Assembly: GCA_963816185.1 (NCBI GenBank)
Contig: CAWFJJ010000028.1
Span: 579,791-643,790 of the forward strand
Direction of reading: 5' to 3'
Origin: Thermoanaerobaculia bacterium
Lineage (GTDB): Bacteria > Acidobacteriota > Thermoanaerobaculia > UBA5066
DNA: 64,000 nt
The notes under the pieces are model-generated. The model made no database searches. It had not been told where the DNA came from and saw only the letters and a program-made list of their open reading frames with translations. The position numbers were made by a program, and so were the translations under genes. Positions 50,412-59,717 of the stretch are shown piece after piece. Numbering within the stretch: position 1 is the first letter of the stretch; the number at the start of each line of letters is the position of its first letter.

Positions 50412-51924
50412 ATGAAATCGTCAAGGCCGCCTTCGTGCGTCTTCGCCCTGGCTCTGCTGGCCGTCACACCTCTCGGCGCCTTCGCACAGACTTTCGGGAC
50501 CGTGATGACGGGGGCTGCCGAGTTCCCCGCGGGCTCCGGCTCGCCCGACGGAAGCGGCCTTGCTGCCATCACCATCAACGGCACGAGCGTCACGTTCTCG
50601 ATCCTCGTCAAGGGGATCAGTACGCCCACGTTGGCGCACATCCACAAGGCGGCAGCCGGATCTTCGGGCTCGGTCGTCATCGACTTCCACGCGCCGACGT
50701 TCACGAACGGCTTTGCAACGGGTACGGTCACGGCGGCGCAGAGCGACGTGACGGACCTGCTCGAGAACCCGTCGCTCTACTACGTCAACGTCCACACGGC
50801 CGAGTTTCCGGCCGGCGCCTTGCGCGGCCAGCTCGGCCCGGCCCCGCAGCCGACAGCCTCCTTCGTGACGGCACTTTCCGGCTCCGGCGAAGCGCCCGCC
50901 GCCGGCGCCCCGATGCCGGAGGCGTCGCACAGGTGACGATCAGCGGGACCACCGTCACGTACACGCTCGTCGTTCAGGGCCTCGCGTCGACGCCGACGGC
51001 GGCCCACATCCACCGTGGCCTCCTGGGGTCTTCCGGTCCCGTCGTCGTGCCTTTCACCGCGCCCTTCGTCTCCGGCATCTCGAGCGGAACGACCACGATC
51101 ACACCTGCCCTGGCGGCGGAAATCCTTTCGAACCCCGCGGGCTTCTACGTCAACGCGCACACCGTCGAGTTTCCCGGTGGCGCCGTTCGCGGCGTCTTGA
51201 ACGCGGCGAATCCGGCCACGACGTACTTTCCAACCGCCGTCAAGACGGCGGGATTGAACGGCACGTCCTTCGTTTCCGATCTTCGGATCGTCAACCCGAC
51301 GGCGACGGCGGCCGACGTCGTGGTCGATTACTTCGCGGCTTCGGGCTCCGCAACGGGCCCTGCGGCCACGACGACGGTGCATGTCGCAGCGGGGCCCAGG
51401 CCGTGTCCAACGACGTTTTGGGTGGGCTGTTCCACACCAGCGGCCTTGGGAGCCTGCGGGTGACGTCCAACGTTCCCGTGGTCGCCACGTCCCGCGTCCT
51501 CAACGACCAGCGTTCGGCCGGCGGCGGGACCAACGGCCTTCTCGTGCCCGGCGCCGTCCTCACGGAGGCCCCGATCAATGGAACGCTTCCGCTCCTCTCG
51601 AACGCGTCGCCGAGCGACGTGGCCGCGAAGCTCGGATTCAGGACGAACATCGGCTACTTCAACCCCACGGCAAACACGGTCAAGGCCACCTTCAAGGCGC
51701 TCGGGAACGATGGAACGGTCATCGGCACGGCCACCGTCACGGTCGCGGGCTTTTCCCGGGTTCAACAAGCCGCCTTCGACCTGATTCCCGCCCCGCCGGG
51801 GGACCTGGCCGAAACGGACTTCTACGTCACGTATACGACCGACGGCCCGCTGTTCGTTTACGCAGCGGTCGTCGACAACAAGACGGGCGACGGGATCTAC
51901 GTGAGCGGGGCGAACGCCCGGTAG
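50412..51924 (+). CDS. Exported tandem CHRD-domain protein (two frameshifts)
   Basis: Two copies of AHIH.....G.VV and YYVNVHT.EFP.GA.RG. Confidence 0.8.
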
Positions 51925-52015
51925 CGCGCGGAACGGGGGGTGCGCCTGTCGACGCCGCCCGGAAATCCGGCCCTCTTGCCTCCGGGCGCCGCGTGCCGCG
52001 GTACTCTCATGCACC

Positions 52016-52231
52016 GTGCGCCAATTTCTCGACCAGATCCCGTGGCCCATCGCCATCATCCTGGCACTGACGCTGGGTCTCGCGCCGTTCCGTCCGCCGC
52101 ACGTCGTCGAGAAGCTCCAGATGCTGTTCCGCGGGACGCTCGTCAGGCCGGTCGACTGGTTCGACCTCGCCCTCCACGGCGTCCCGTGGCTGATCGTGAT
52201 CCTGAAGGGGGCCTTCGCGCTGAAGCGCTGA
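52016..52231 (+). CDS. Small membrane protein
   Basis: LGLAPF.PPH..EKL.ML..G.L..P.D.FDL..HG pattern. Confidence 0.65.
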   Translation: MRQFLDQIPWPIAIILALTLGLAPFRPPHVVEKLQMLFRGTLVRPVDWFDLALHGVPWLIVILKGAFALKR

Positions 52232-52238
52232 GGTCGCC

Positions 52239-53435
52239 ATGCGCACGACGAGAGCTGCCCGAGCCGTCTCTTCCCCTCGCGTCGTCAGCGTCGAGGACCT
52301 GCGGCCGCTTGCGCGCCGCCGGCTGCCGCGGGCCGTCTTCGACTATCTGGACGGCGGAGCGGAGGGCGAGGTCACGCTCCGGGAGAACGATCGCGCCTTC
52401 CAGGAGGTGACCTTCCGGCCTCGCCAGGCGGTCTCGGTGCGAGAGTGCGACCTTCGCGTCCGGGTGCTCGGCATAGACCTCTCCTTCCCGGCGCTCCTCG
52501 CTCCCGTCGGCTTCAGCCGCCTCATGCATCCCGAAGGCGAAGTCGGCGCGGCCCGGGCGGCCGGAGCGGCGGGCACGACCTACATCCTCTCGACGATCTC
52601 CGGGCACAGGTTGGAAGACGTGCGAGCTGCCTCCCGCGGATCCGTTTGGTATCAGCTGTATCTCCTGGGCGGGCGCAGCGCCGCTGAGAACGCCCTCGAA
52701 CGGGCGCGGGCCGCGGGATTCTCCGCGCTCGTCGTCACCGTCGACACGCCCGTGGTCGGGATGCGCGAGCGCGATCTTCACAACGGGCTGAAGGAGCTCC
52801 TCTCGGGCAGCCTTCAGGAGAGGCTCCCGTTCCTGCCGCAGTTCCTCGCACGGCCTCGATGGCTCGCGGGGTTCCTGCGCGATCGAAGGCTCCCGCGCTT
52901 TCCGAACATCGTCGTCCCGGGAGGGGGACCGATCAAGCTCCTCGACGTCTCCGCAGCCCTCGCTCAGACGGCCATCGTGTGGGAAGACCTGCGCTGGATC
53001 CGCGACGCCTGGCGGGGCCCGATCGTGATCAAGGGGCTCTTGACCGGCGAAGATGCCCGGCGGGCGGCGGACGAAGGCGCCCAGGCGATCGTCGTTTCCA
53101 ATCACGGCGGGCGACAGCTCGACGGCGTCTCGGCTTCGCTGCGCGCGCTGCCCGAGGTCGTAAAGGCCGTCGGCGGACGGGTCGAGGTGCTGATGGATGG
53201 AGGCGTGCGCCGCGGTAGCGACATCCTGAAGGCCATCTGCCTCGGAGCGCGCGCGGTTCTCGTGGGGCGCGCGTATGCCTACGGTCTGGCGGCTGCCGGC
53301 GAGGTCGGCGTCGCTCGCGCTCTGGAAATCCTCCGGGACGACGTCGAGCGCACGCTCAAGCTCCTGGGCTGCCGCACTCCGGCGGACCTCGACCGCTCCT
53401 GCGTGAACATTCCGGAGAGCTGGCGAACGATCTGA
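52239..53435 (+). CDS. lldD: FMN-dependent alpha-hydroxy acid dehydrogenase (L-lactate dehydrogenase-like)
   Basis: FDYLDGGAEGE.T, VVSNHGGRQLD, DGGVRRG.D..KA. Confidence 0.88.
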   Translation: MRTTRAARAVSSPRVVSVEDLRPLARRRLPRAVFDYLDGGAEGEVTLRENDRAFQEVTFRPRQAVSVRECDLRVRVLGIDLSFPALLAPVGFSRLMHPEGEVGAARAAGAAGTTYILSTISGHRLEDVRAASRGSVWYQLYLLGGRSAAENALERARAAGFSALVVTVDTPVVGMRERDLHNGLKELLSGSLQERLPFLPQFLARPRWLAGFLRDRRLPRFPNIVVPGGGPIKLLDVSAALAQTAIVWEDLRWIRDAWRGPIVIKGLLTGEDARRAADEGAQAIVVSNHGGRQLDGVSASLRALPEVVKAVGGRVEVLMDGGVRRGSDILKAICLGARAVLVGRAYAYGLAAAGEVGVARALEILRDDVERTLKLLGCRTPADLDRSCVNIPESWRTI

Positions 53436-53696
53436 TCCGCCTTCACGTCCGCCGACACGAGCCGCGTCGTCCAGGGCGTCGTCGCCGGAATCGGCTTTCT
53501 CGGCGCCGGGACGATCCTGAAGCTCGCGGACAAGGGCGAGGTCCACGGCCTCACGACCGCGGCCACGATCTGGGTCACGGCGGCCGTCGGCTCCGCCGCG
53601 GCCCTCTCGCAGCTCTGGCTCGCCGCGATCGCGGCGGTGGCGACGTGGGCCGTCCTCGCCCTCGCGGTCCGGCTCGAGAACCGCCGCCGCGTCTGA
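53436..53696 (+). pseudogene. mgtC: MgtC/SapB family C-terminal remnant with no start codon
   Basis: SRVVQGVVAGIGFLGAGTIL...VHGLTTAATIWVTAAVG, in frame immediately after the lldD TGA. Confidence 0.75.
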
Positions 53697-53697
53697 C

Positions 53698-55425
53698 TCA
53701 GCCCAGCTTTCCGAGCCAGAAGTCCAGCTCCTTCTTCTTGTCGCCCGAGAGAAATTCGTCCTGCCAGCTCTCGTCGTCCCGCAGGCCCTTCCACATCGTA
53801 GACGTCGAGGCGGCGCGGAGACCGCCGCTCGACTTCCTTGCGAGAGCCGCGTTGTGCCGCGACTTGTAGTGGCCGTAGATGCCGAGGACGTTCACGGCGT
53901 ACTCCGCCGCGAGGCCGGGCGCGTTCTCGACGAGAATGAGGTTGTCGTCGTTCTTCCCGCTCGCCTTCGGCCCGAGGTTGTGCGATCCCGTCATCACGAC
54001 CGGGTGCGGCCCGAACGGGTCGACGAGAACGACCTTGCTGTGGATCATGACCATGTTGAAGCGGAACTCGTCCCGGAACCAGGCCGTCATCTGTGTCTTG
54101 GCCTCCGCCGGCAGAACGACTTCCGGATCGGGATGCACGGGCGTTCCGCGGTCGAAAAGGGTGAGGATGGGGGTCTTTCCGCCCGGATCTTCGTTCACGA
54201 CGCCGTGGATGAAGAGCTTGTCGGCCTTGAGCGCGAGGACGTCGTTCAGAAGCGAGCCCGACGGACCGGGGTTGAAGAACAGGAAGAGCACGCCCTGCCG
54301 CGCGCCCTGGATCAGCTTGCGAGCGTCGGCGAGGTCCACGAGCCCGTTGCACGGCGCGTTCCACGCGGTGACGCCGGCGGAGCCGAGGCGCACGTGGGCC
54401 GGAATGGAGCCCTGCTGCGCGAGCGAGGGGGGATAGCCGCCGCCCGCGGCCGCGAGCGAGTCCCAACGCGCCTTGTAAGCCGCCGCGAGCCCCGCATCGT
54501 CGACGAGGATTCCGTTGTTCACCTGCGTGCAAAGACCCGTCACTGTCCAGTTCGTGCTGCCGGTCCACACGCTCTTCGGAGCGCCGTCCGTCCCGCCGAA
54601 GACGACGAACTTGTTATGGGCGAAGTGCGGGCTCCCGACGAGGCGGTCGCGGAGGTCGATCTTCTTCGCAGCCTTCAACTGCACGCGGATGCCCGCGTTC
54701 TCGTCGGGGACCGCTGGTTTTCCTTTCGAGGCAGGCTTGTACGCTCCCGAGCCGAGGAGGAGATGGCACTTCTTTCCGAGCGCCGTGAGGGCCGGGATCA
54801 GCTCCGGGTCGTTCAGCTCGTACAGCGCGGCCCAGATTTCGACGCCTGAGGTTTTCGCCCGCGCGAGGAGTGCGAGCATCTCGTCGCGGAGACGGCCGCC
54901 CAGGAACTTCCGGTCCTTCGCGCTCGGATCCTGGATGTCCCGCCGAAGCTGAGCGACGGGGCCGCCCGGCGCGCCGGAAAGGAGGCGGGCGAGCCACTGC
55001 GAAGCGACGATGCCGCGGTTGAAGAACGCCGAAAAACCGGGCGTCTGTCCCGTCTTCACCTCGGCCCAGGCGCTCCAGTCGCTGCACTGCGAGTCCGGCG
55101 CGCGCTTCAGGCTGCCGGCCTTCCCGAGCATCGGGACGACGCGGTACTGAACGGACGCCGCGTCGCGGGCGGAGTAATCCGTCCAGAGGAAGCGTTGCAC
55201 GGGCCATTCCGTGCTCGGCCGCTGCTGGCCGCTCTGGGCCGCGGCGTCGCCCGCGAACCCGACCCACGTCGGCAGGACGGACGGCGTGATCTTCCCCTGC
55301 GCGTCCCGCGCGCGGCGGTCGAGCGCAAAACCCCGGCAGCCGGGGATGCGGGCCGCCGCCTGCCACACGATGGTGGCGTCGTCGCTGTTCGTGTAGACGC
55401 GCAGGTCGATGGCCGTTTTCGGCAT
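53698..55425 (-). CDS. Phospholipase D-like domain protein
   Basis: HNKFVV...WTGSTN and HSKVVLVD...TGSHN motifs. Confidence 0.85.
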   Translation of the reverse strand: MPKTAIDLRVYTNSDDATIVWQAAARIPGCRGFALDRRARDAQGKITPSVLPTWVGFAGDAAAQSGQQRPSTEWPVQRFLWTDYSARDAASVQYRVVPMLGKAGSLKRAPDSQCSDWSAWAEVKTGQTPGFSAFFNRGIVASQWLARLLSGAPGGPVAQLRRDIQDPSAKDRKFLGGRLRDEMLALLARAKTSGVEIWAALYELNDPELIPALTALGKKCHLLLGSGAYKPASKGKPAVPDENAGIRVQLKAAKKIDLRDRLVGSPHFAHNKFVVFGGTDGAPKSVWTGSTNWTVTGLCTQVNNGILVDDAGLAAAYKARWDSLAAAGGGYPPSLAQQGSIPAHVRLGSAGVTAWNAPCNGLVDLADARKLIQGARQGVLFLFFNPGPSGSLLNDVLALKADKLFIHGVVNEDPGGKTPILTLFDRGTPVHPDPEVVLPAEAKTQMTAWFRDEFRFNMVMIHSKVVLVDPFGPHPVVMTGSHNLGPKASGKNDDNLILVENAPGLAAEYAVNVLGIYGHYKSRHNAALARKSSGGLRAASTSTMWKGLRDDESWQDEFLSGDKKKELDFWLGKLG

Positions 55426-55540
55426 GCGTCCTCCTCACGGATGTAATCCGCTCTGATGAAAGAGACAGTCGGAAAGGCTCCGATGACCCGGGGAAAGCGC
55501 GTAAAGGTTCAACGCACCCCTCGTCCGGCTGGAATCGACC

Positions 55541-55570
55541 TTGACGCATCGGACCGCGCCGCGCTACAAC
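55541..55570 (+). promoter_or_regulatory. Promoter of tRNA-Gly
   Basis: TTGACG-N18-TACAAC, ending 15 nt upstream of the tRNA. Confidence 0.55.
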
Positions 55571-55585
55571 CTCCTCGGCCGTCGA

Positions 55586-55660
55586 GCGGGTGTAGTTCAG
55601 CGGTAGAACGTCAGCTTCCCAAGCTGGATGTCGTGGGTTCGAGCCCCATCACCCGCTCCA
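55586..55660 (+). tRNA. tRNA-Gly (anticodon CCC)
   Basis: GCGGGTG/CACCCGC acceptor stem, loop TTCCCAA, GGTTCGAG T-loop, encoded CCA. Confidence 0.95.
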
Positions 55661-56949
55661 TTCATTCCACGCGAGTTAGCGGCACCCTCGACCCCCGCGG
55701 ATGCGACCGACTGTTCGCGTAACTGTTCCGATTGGTCCGCGTCGAGAGCCTCACGCACCGCGCGGAACGCTGCTTCGTCGGGTCTCGCGTACCTCTCCGA
55801 CATCCGCGCCGTCGTATGTCCCAAGGAGCGGGCAATGAGTTGGAGGGAGACACCTCTCGACGCCAGGCGCGAGGCGAATGAGTGCCTCAAGTCGTGCACG
55901 CGACAACGGCGCGAGATTCCGGCCAGGCGCTTCGCCGTCCCGAAGTACCTCAAGAACGTCGAGAGCGAGTACGGCGTCTTCTCCGGCGTCCTGAACACCA
56001 GAGTCGAGAACGGGAACTTCTTGCGCGTGTCCTCGAGGGCTGCTTTGCAGGCCGACGACAGGGGGACGACCGACTCGACACCCGTCTTCTTTCTCGGCAG
56101 ACGGACCCAGCCGCCCTTCAGATCGACGGAGGGCCACTCCAAGGCGAGGAGGTCACTCCGGCTGAGCCCTGTCTCGAGGGCGACCACGAAGAGGATCTTG
56201 GCGGCCCGGAAGTGCTCGAAGTGAAAACGCGCCGATTCCCCATCCGGCCGACGCCCGCCCCCGAATGAGCGCGGCGCTCCGAAATGAGGGCTCGCGGCTA
56301 CCGTGCCTTTCGAGCGCCTCGCCTCGAGGTCCCGCCGAAAAGCCTCCTCGTCATCGAACGCAGCCAGAAAAGCGTGACGCTCCTCGGTCGAGAGCTCCAG
56401 CTCCAGGCGATCCTCACGCTCAATCGGAAGTCGTCCGCGAATCGGGTACGCGGACAGCTCACCGCGGTCAACCGCGTCTCGCAGATACTTCCTGAGGATC
56501 GCGAGGGCCTGGTTGATCGCTGCGGCGGAGTAGGGACGGCGCTCGCCGCTGCCTGCGACCTTGTAGCCGTTGAGCTTCAGGTTCCCGACAAGATCCCGAA
56601 CCATGGCCGCGTTGAGCTTCGAGAGCGGAACATGGCCGAGAAACGGAAGGATGCGGATTCTGAGGACGTCGGCCTCCATTTGTCGGGTGCGCTCCGAGAC
56701 CCGCGCGCCCATCGTTGAGGCGTAGCGCTCGACATACTGCGCGAGGGTAAGGTTCTGGCGGTCCCACCCGCCTGAGAGCACCGAGTCCCGGAACGCTTTC
56801 CACTTCGCGAGGGCGTCTGCGCGCGATGAAGCGAAAGTCCAGCGCCGCCGACGCCGCCGGGACTTCGTACCTGGGACGACCACCTCGAAGACAGCTCGAC
56901 CGCTCTTCGGATTCCACTTGAATCCCGGGACGACCTGTTGCGCTTTCAT
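55597..56949 (-). CDS. Tyrosine recombinase/integrase
   Basis: ETGLSRSDLLALEW, HDLRHSFAS, LGHT....ERYA; stop codon lies inside the tRNA. Confidence 0.9.
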   Translation of the reverse strand: MKAQQVVPGFKWNPKSGRAVFEVVVPGTKSRRRRRRWTFASSRADALAKWKAFRDSVLSGGWDRQNLTLAQYVERYASTMGARVSERTRQMEADVLRIRILPFLGHVPLSKLNAAMVRDLVGNLKLNGYKVAGSGERRPYSAAAINQALAILRKYLRDAVDRGELSAYPIRGRLPIEREDRLELELSTEERHAFLAAFDDEEAFRRDLEARRSKGTVAASPHFGAPRSFGGGRRPDGESARFHFEHFRAAKILFVVALETGLSRSDLLALEWPSVDLKGGWVRLPRKKTGVESVVPLSSACKAALEDTRKKFPFSTLVFRTPEKTPYSLSTFLRYFGTAKRLAGISRRCRVHDLRHSFASRLASRGVSLQLIARSLGHTTARMSERYARPDEAAFRAVREALDADQSEQLREQSVASAGVEGAANSRGMNGAGDGARTHDIQLGKLTFYR

Positions 56950-57188
56950 TCCATCACCCTGGCCGTCGCCGCAATCTTAGTCGCGTTCGCCTTCCGGAAG
57001 TTGAAGACAGGTCGCCGGTCAGCCAGCGTCCGAATGTACACGTCGACCTCCTCCTCGGGGTACGCCACGCGAGTCGCCGAGATGTGAATCCACCCCTTCG
57101 GCCCCTTCCCCTTGCACCGCCACACCGCCAGCGTCTGGGTCTTGATGCCCAGCCGACGAGCGACGACGGAGGAGGGGATGTAGTTCAC
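56946..57188 (-). CDS. HTH excisionase/AlpA-like protein
   Basis: VARRLGIKTQTLAVWRCKGKGP...RVAY; coupled to both int and rep. Confidence 0.75.
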   Translation of the reverse strand: MNYIPSSVVARRLGIKTQTLAVWRCKGKGPKGWIHISATRVAYPEEEVDVYIRTLADRRPVFNFRKANATKIAATARVME

Positions 57189-58357
57189 GCGGTGGCTCCC
57201 CCCCGTCTTGAAGGCCGTTGGGCCGGTCGTGGCGCCGGACGCACGGCGCGACGCCCGTTTTTTTCCTCCGCCGCCCACCGAACGGGCCAGTGCCGGACGC
57301 GGTCCTCCGCCGAAACGCCAGCGAGGAGCATCTCGACGCGGTTGGCCGTCTTCACGGAGGTGCCTCCGGCACCCCGAGAGCGGGCGGCCCGGCATTTCCC
57401 TCGATGCCACGCGAACGCGGTGAGGTAGTTGTCCGCCGTCAATGCCTTCCCGCGGTGCTTCCATCCCTGCGCCCCGAAGTACTCCAGAAACTCCGCGAAC
57501 TCTTCCTTAGTCGCCGTGCTTCCGTTTTTTTCGGCCGCGCGGATGAGCTGCTCGCAGGTCGGTGGGACGAAGGGCGGCTCCTCGCTCTCGTCGGTCCCCC
57601 CTCTCAAGGAATCTCCCGCGCCGCCGCCGCCGGAGCCCGAAGCGAAGGCGGCGAGCGGCGGCGCGGTTCCCTCCCCTCCCCCCGGTCCCCTCTCCTCTCC
57701 CGGTGTCTGTGTAGGAGTCGGAGTCGGAATCGGAGTCGGAGTCGGAGACGCGCGCGCGTCGCGCACGCGCGAGGGACTGTTACCCGAACCATTCTCGAAA
57801 CCGTTACCCGAACCGTTCGGCAGACCGCTTGCGTCGCTCGATGCGTTGGGTGTGCCGGAGGGCGCCTGAGGGCTGGGGCCGAGGAGCTCGGCCCATCGCC
57901 CACCGAACCACCCGAGCCACTCCTTCCCGTCCTTCTTTGCCTGCTCCTGGGCACGCCTCTCCGCGAGTGCACAGGCCGCGGCCGTCGCGTCGCGAAGCGC
58001 CTTGTGGGCGGTTGTCTTCACCTCGCACGGGGGAATCTCATCCAGCACCTTGCTCCAGGAGCGAATGGTGTTCGGGTTCGCTGGCGGGTCGTCCTCAACC
58101 GCGGACGGCAGGAACACGACCCGGCGCTCGAAGTCCGCCGCAACCAGACCCCTGGCCTCGAGCTCCGCGACGCACCCCCTGAACGTTTCCGGTGTCGTCT
58201 CTGACGCTTCGGCAAGCGCGGCAGGACCGCCACGAAAGAGCCCTGGTGCGGTCGTGCGGTGCGGCCCGAGGAGCAGGGAAAAGTAGACGACCTTCGCTTC
58301 GGCGGAGAGCCTCATGAGCCGGTCGAGGATCGTCACCGCGACGCGCGCGTGCCTCAT
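57185..58357 (-). CDS. Phage-type replication initiator (replisome organiser-like)
   Basis: N-terminal wHTH-like region (LLLGPH...G...ELE.RGL, PPANPN..W), low-complexity repeat linker, C-terminal F.EYF..GWK. Confidence 0.65.
   Translation of the reverse strand: MRHARVAVTILDRLMRLSAEAKVVYFSLLLGPHRTTAPGLFRGGPAALAEASETTPETFRGCVAELEARGLVAADFERRVVFLPSAVEDDPPANPNTIRSWSKVLDEIPPCEVKTTAHKALRDATAAACALAERRAQEQAKKDGKEWLGWFGGRWAELLGPSPQAPSGTPNASSDASGLPNGSGNGFENGSGNSPSRVRDARASPTPTPIPTPTPTQTPGEERGPGGGEGTAPPLAAFASGSGGGGAGDSLRGGTDESEEPPFVPPTCEQLIRAAEKNGSTATKEEFAEFLEYFGAQGWKHRGKALTADNYLTAFAWHRGKCRAARSRGAGGTSVKTANRVEMLLAGVSAEDRVRHWPVRWAAEEKNGRRAVRPAPRPAQRPSRRGGATA
57779..57826. repeat. Four tandem 12-bp iteron-like units inside the rep gene
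   Basis: GTTACCCGAACC ATTCTCGAAACC GTTACCCGAACC GTTCGGCAGACC. Confidence 0.55.
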
Positions 58358-58574
58358 GGCGCCAGCTCCCGTTGCGTCCTACGGCGCGACTTGGAGGGCG
58401 ATGAAAGGAACTCAGCCATCGGCGCAGTTCGGCGACTTCGTAGAGAACACGCCGACCCACACGAACAACGTTTGGTCCCCCACCGCTGCGCCGGAGCTTC
58501 CGATACGTGTGCCGAGAGACGTCGGTCAGAAGCTCAGCGCCTACTTCATCGACTGTGATCGGCTCCCGCTCCAT
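58354..58574 (-). CDS. HTH (AlpA/excisionase-like) protein; 3' end probably frameshifted
   Basis: VSRHTYRKLRRSGGGP..VRVGRRVLY...L..WL; GGAGG RBS. Confidence 0.6.
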
Positions 58575-58663
58575 CGCGCCTCCAGGTCGCCGTATATCCG
58601 GCGGTCGCTGGAAGAATCGCGGTGGAGCGCCCAGGCTTCAAGGGAGGGTGAGGAGTAATTCGG

Positions 58664-59560
58664 TCAATTACTCCGCGGAGGCCGAGCCTCCCATCGCGCA
58701 CGGTCTTTGATTCTCTTGAGCCAAGCGACCGCGGCGCCGACCTTCACCTTTTCCTCTCCAGTCTCGTACTTGAACATCCACGCGGCCGCCAGTTGCGCGG
58801 GCGTGCCCTTCTCTCCCCGCAGCGCGCGTTCCGTCAACGCTGCCAGCGTCTCGTGGAAGAGAGGAACCTTCGTCGCGTACCAATTCATGCCGTCCCTGAA
58901 GAACTCATCTCCCTCCGCGAGGGGAAGTGACGGCCTATTGACGCTGATCACATCCAAAGGCTTCCCTTCACGCCCCTGCATACGCCCCAGCTTCAACGCC
59001 TCTTGAATCGCCGCTTCGTACTGCTCGGCGAGGGATATGAGGATCCGGTCGTGGAACGCCATGGCTGTCGTTCTGGGCGCCCTTCTTCCTCTCGGCCGCG
59101 CCGGCGGCCGCAGCGCGTCCAGAAACGCGTTCAACTGCCGTCCGAGAATCCAGAATCCGCGCGGAGGGTCATCGGCAATCGCGCGTCTCCACCTCTCTAT
59201 GATCGTCTGCACCGAGGGAGATCGCCACGCAGTACCGTTCTCGCCCTTGATGAGGGCAACAGGATCCTCGGTCAGAAGCCGCGGATTCAGAAAGTAGTAC
59301 TCCTCGGCGCGTGCACTCAGCTCAAGAACTTCTTCAGGTCCGCGAAAGGCGCCCGTCGGCTGTTTGGCAAGCCATATCAAGTGCTCCGCGAGCGAGAGCA
59401 CCTTCATCTGTCGTGCGAGGTCGAAGCCGAAACCAGCGGCACGGAGGTCGCGGGAGAGGGCCAGTAGTCTCTTCTCGTCTGATGACTCCCGATCTGCGTA
59501 GGCTGCCCCCGCCGTCCGTCTCCGGGCTCCTGATCGTCGAGTGTTTCGTTCTCGCTTCAT
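58664..59560 (-). CDS. Hypothetical protein
   Basis: 298-aa ORF with non-shadow composition inside the island. Confidence 0.55.
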   Translation of the reverse strand: MKRERNTRRSGARRRTAGAAYADRESSDEKRLLALSRDLRAAGFGFDLARQMKVLSLAEHLIWLAKQPTGAFRGPEEVLELSARAEEYYFLNPRLLTEDPVALIKGENGTAWRSPSVQTIIERWRRAIADDPPRGFWILGRQLNAFLDALRPPARPRGRRAPRTTAMAFHDRILISLAEQYEAAIQEALKLGRMQGREGKPLDVISVNRPSLPLAEGDEFFRDGMNWYATKVPLFHETLAALTERALRGEKGTPAQLAAAWMFKYETGEEKVKVGAAVAWLKRIKDRARWEARPPRSN

Positions 59561-59717
59561 TCGACCTTGCGGGCCCTCACAACCAGAGTCTGGGCGGAAG
59601 GGCGAATCGGGAGGCCCTTCTCGAGCCGGTAGCTACTCCGGTTCTATCCGCCGACGTCAGATGTTACCGGCGTCGCTCCTCGCCGGGTGGTAGGGAAATC
59701 CACATGGATATTTCGGC

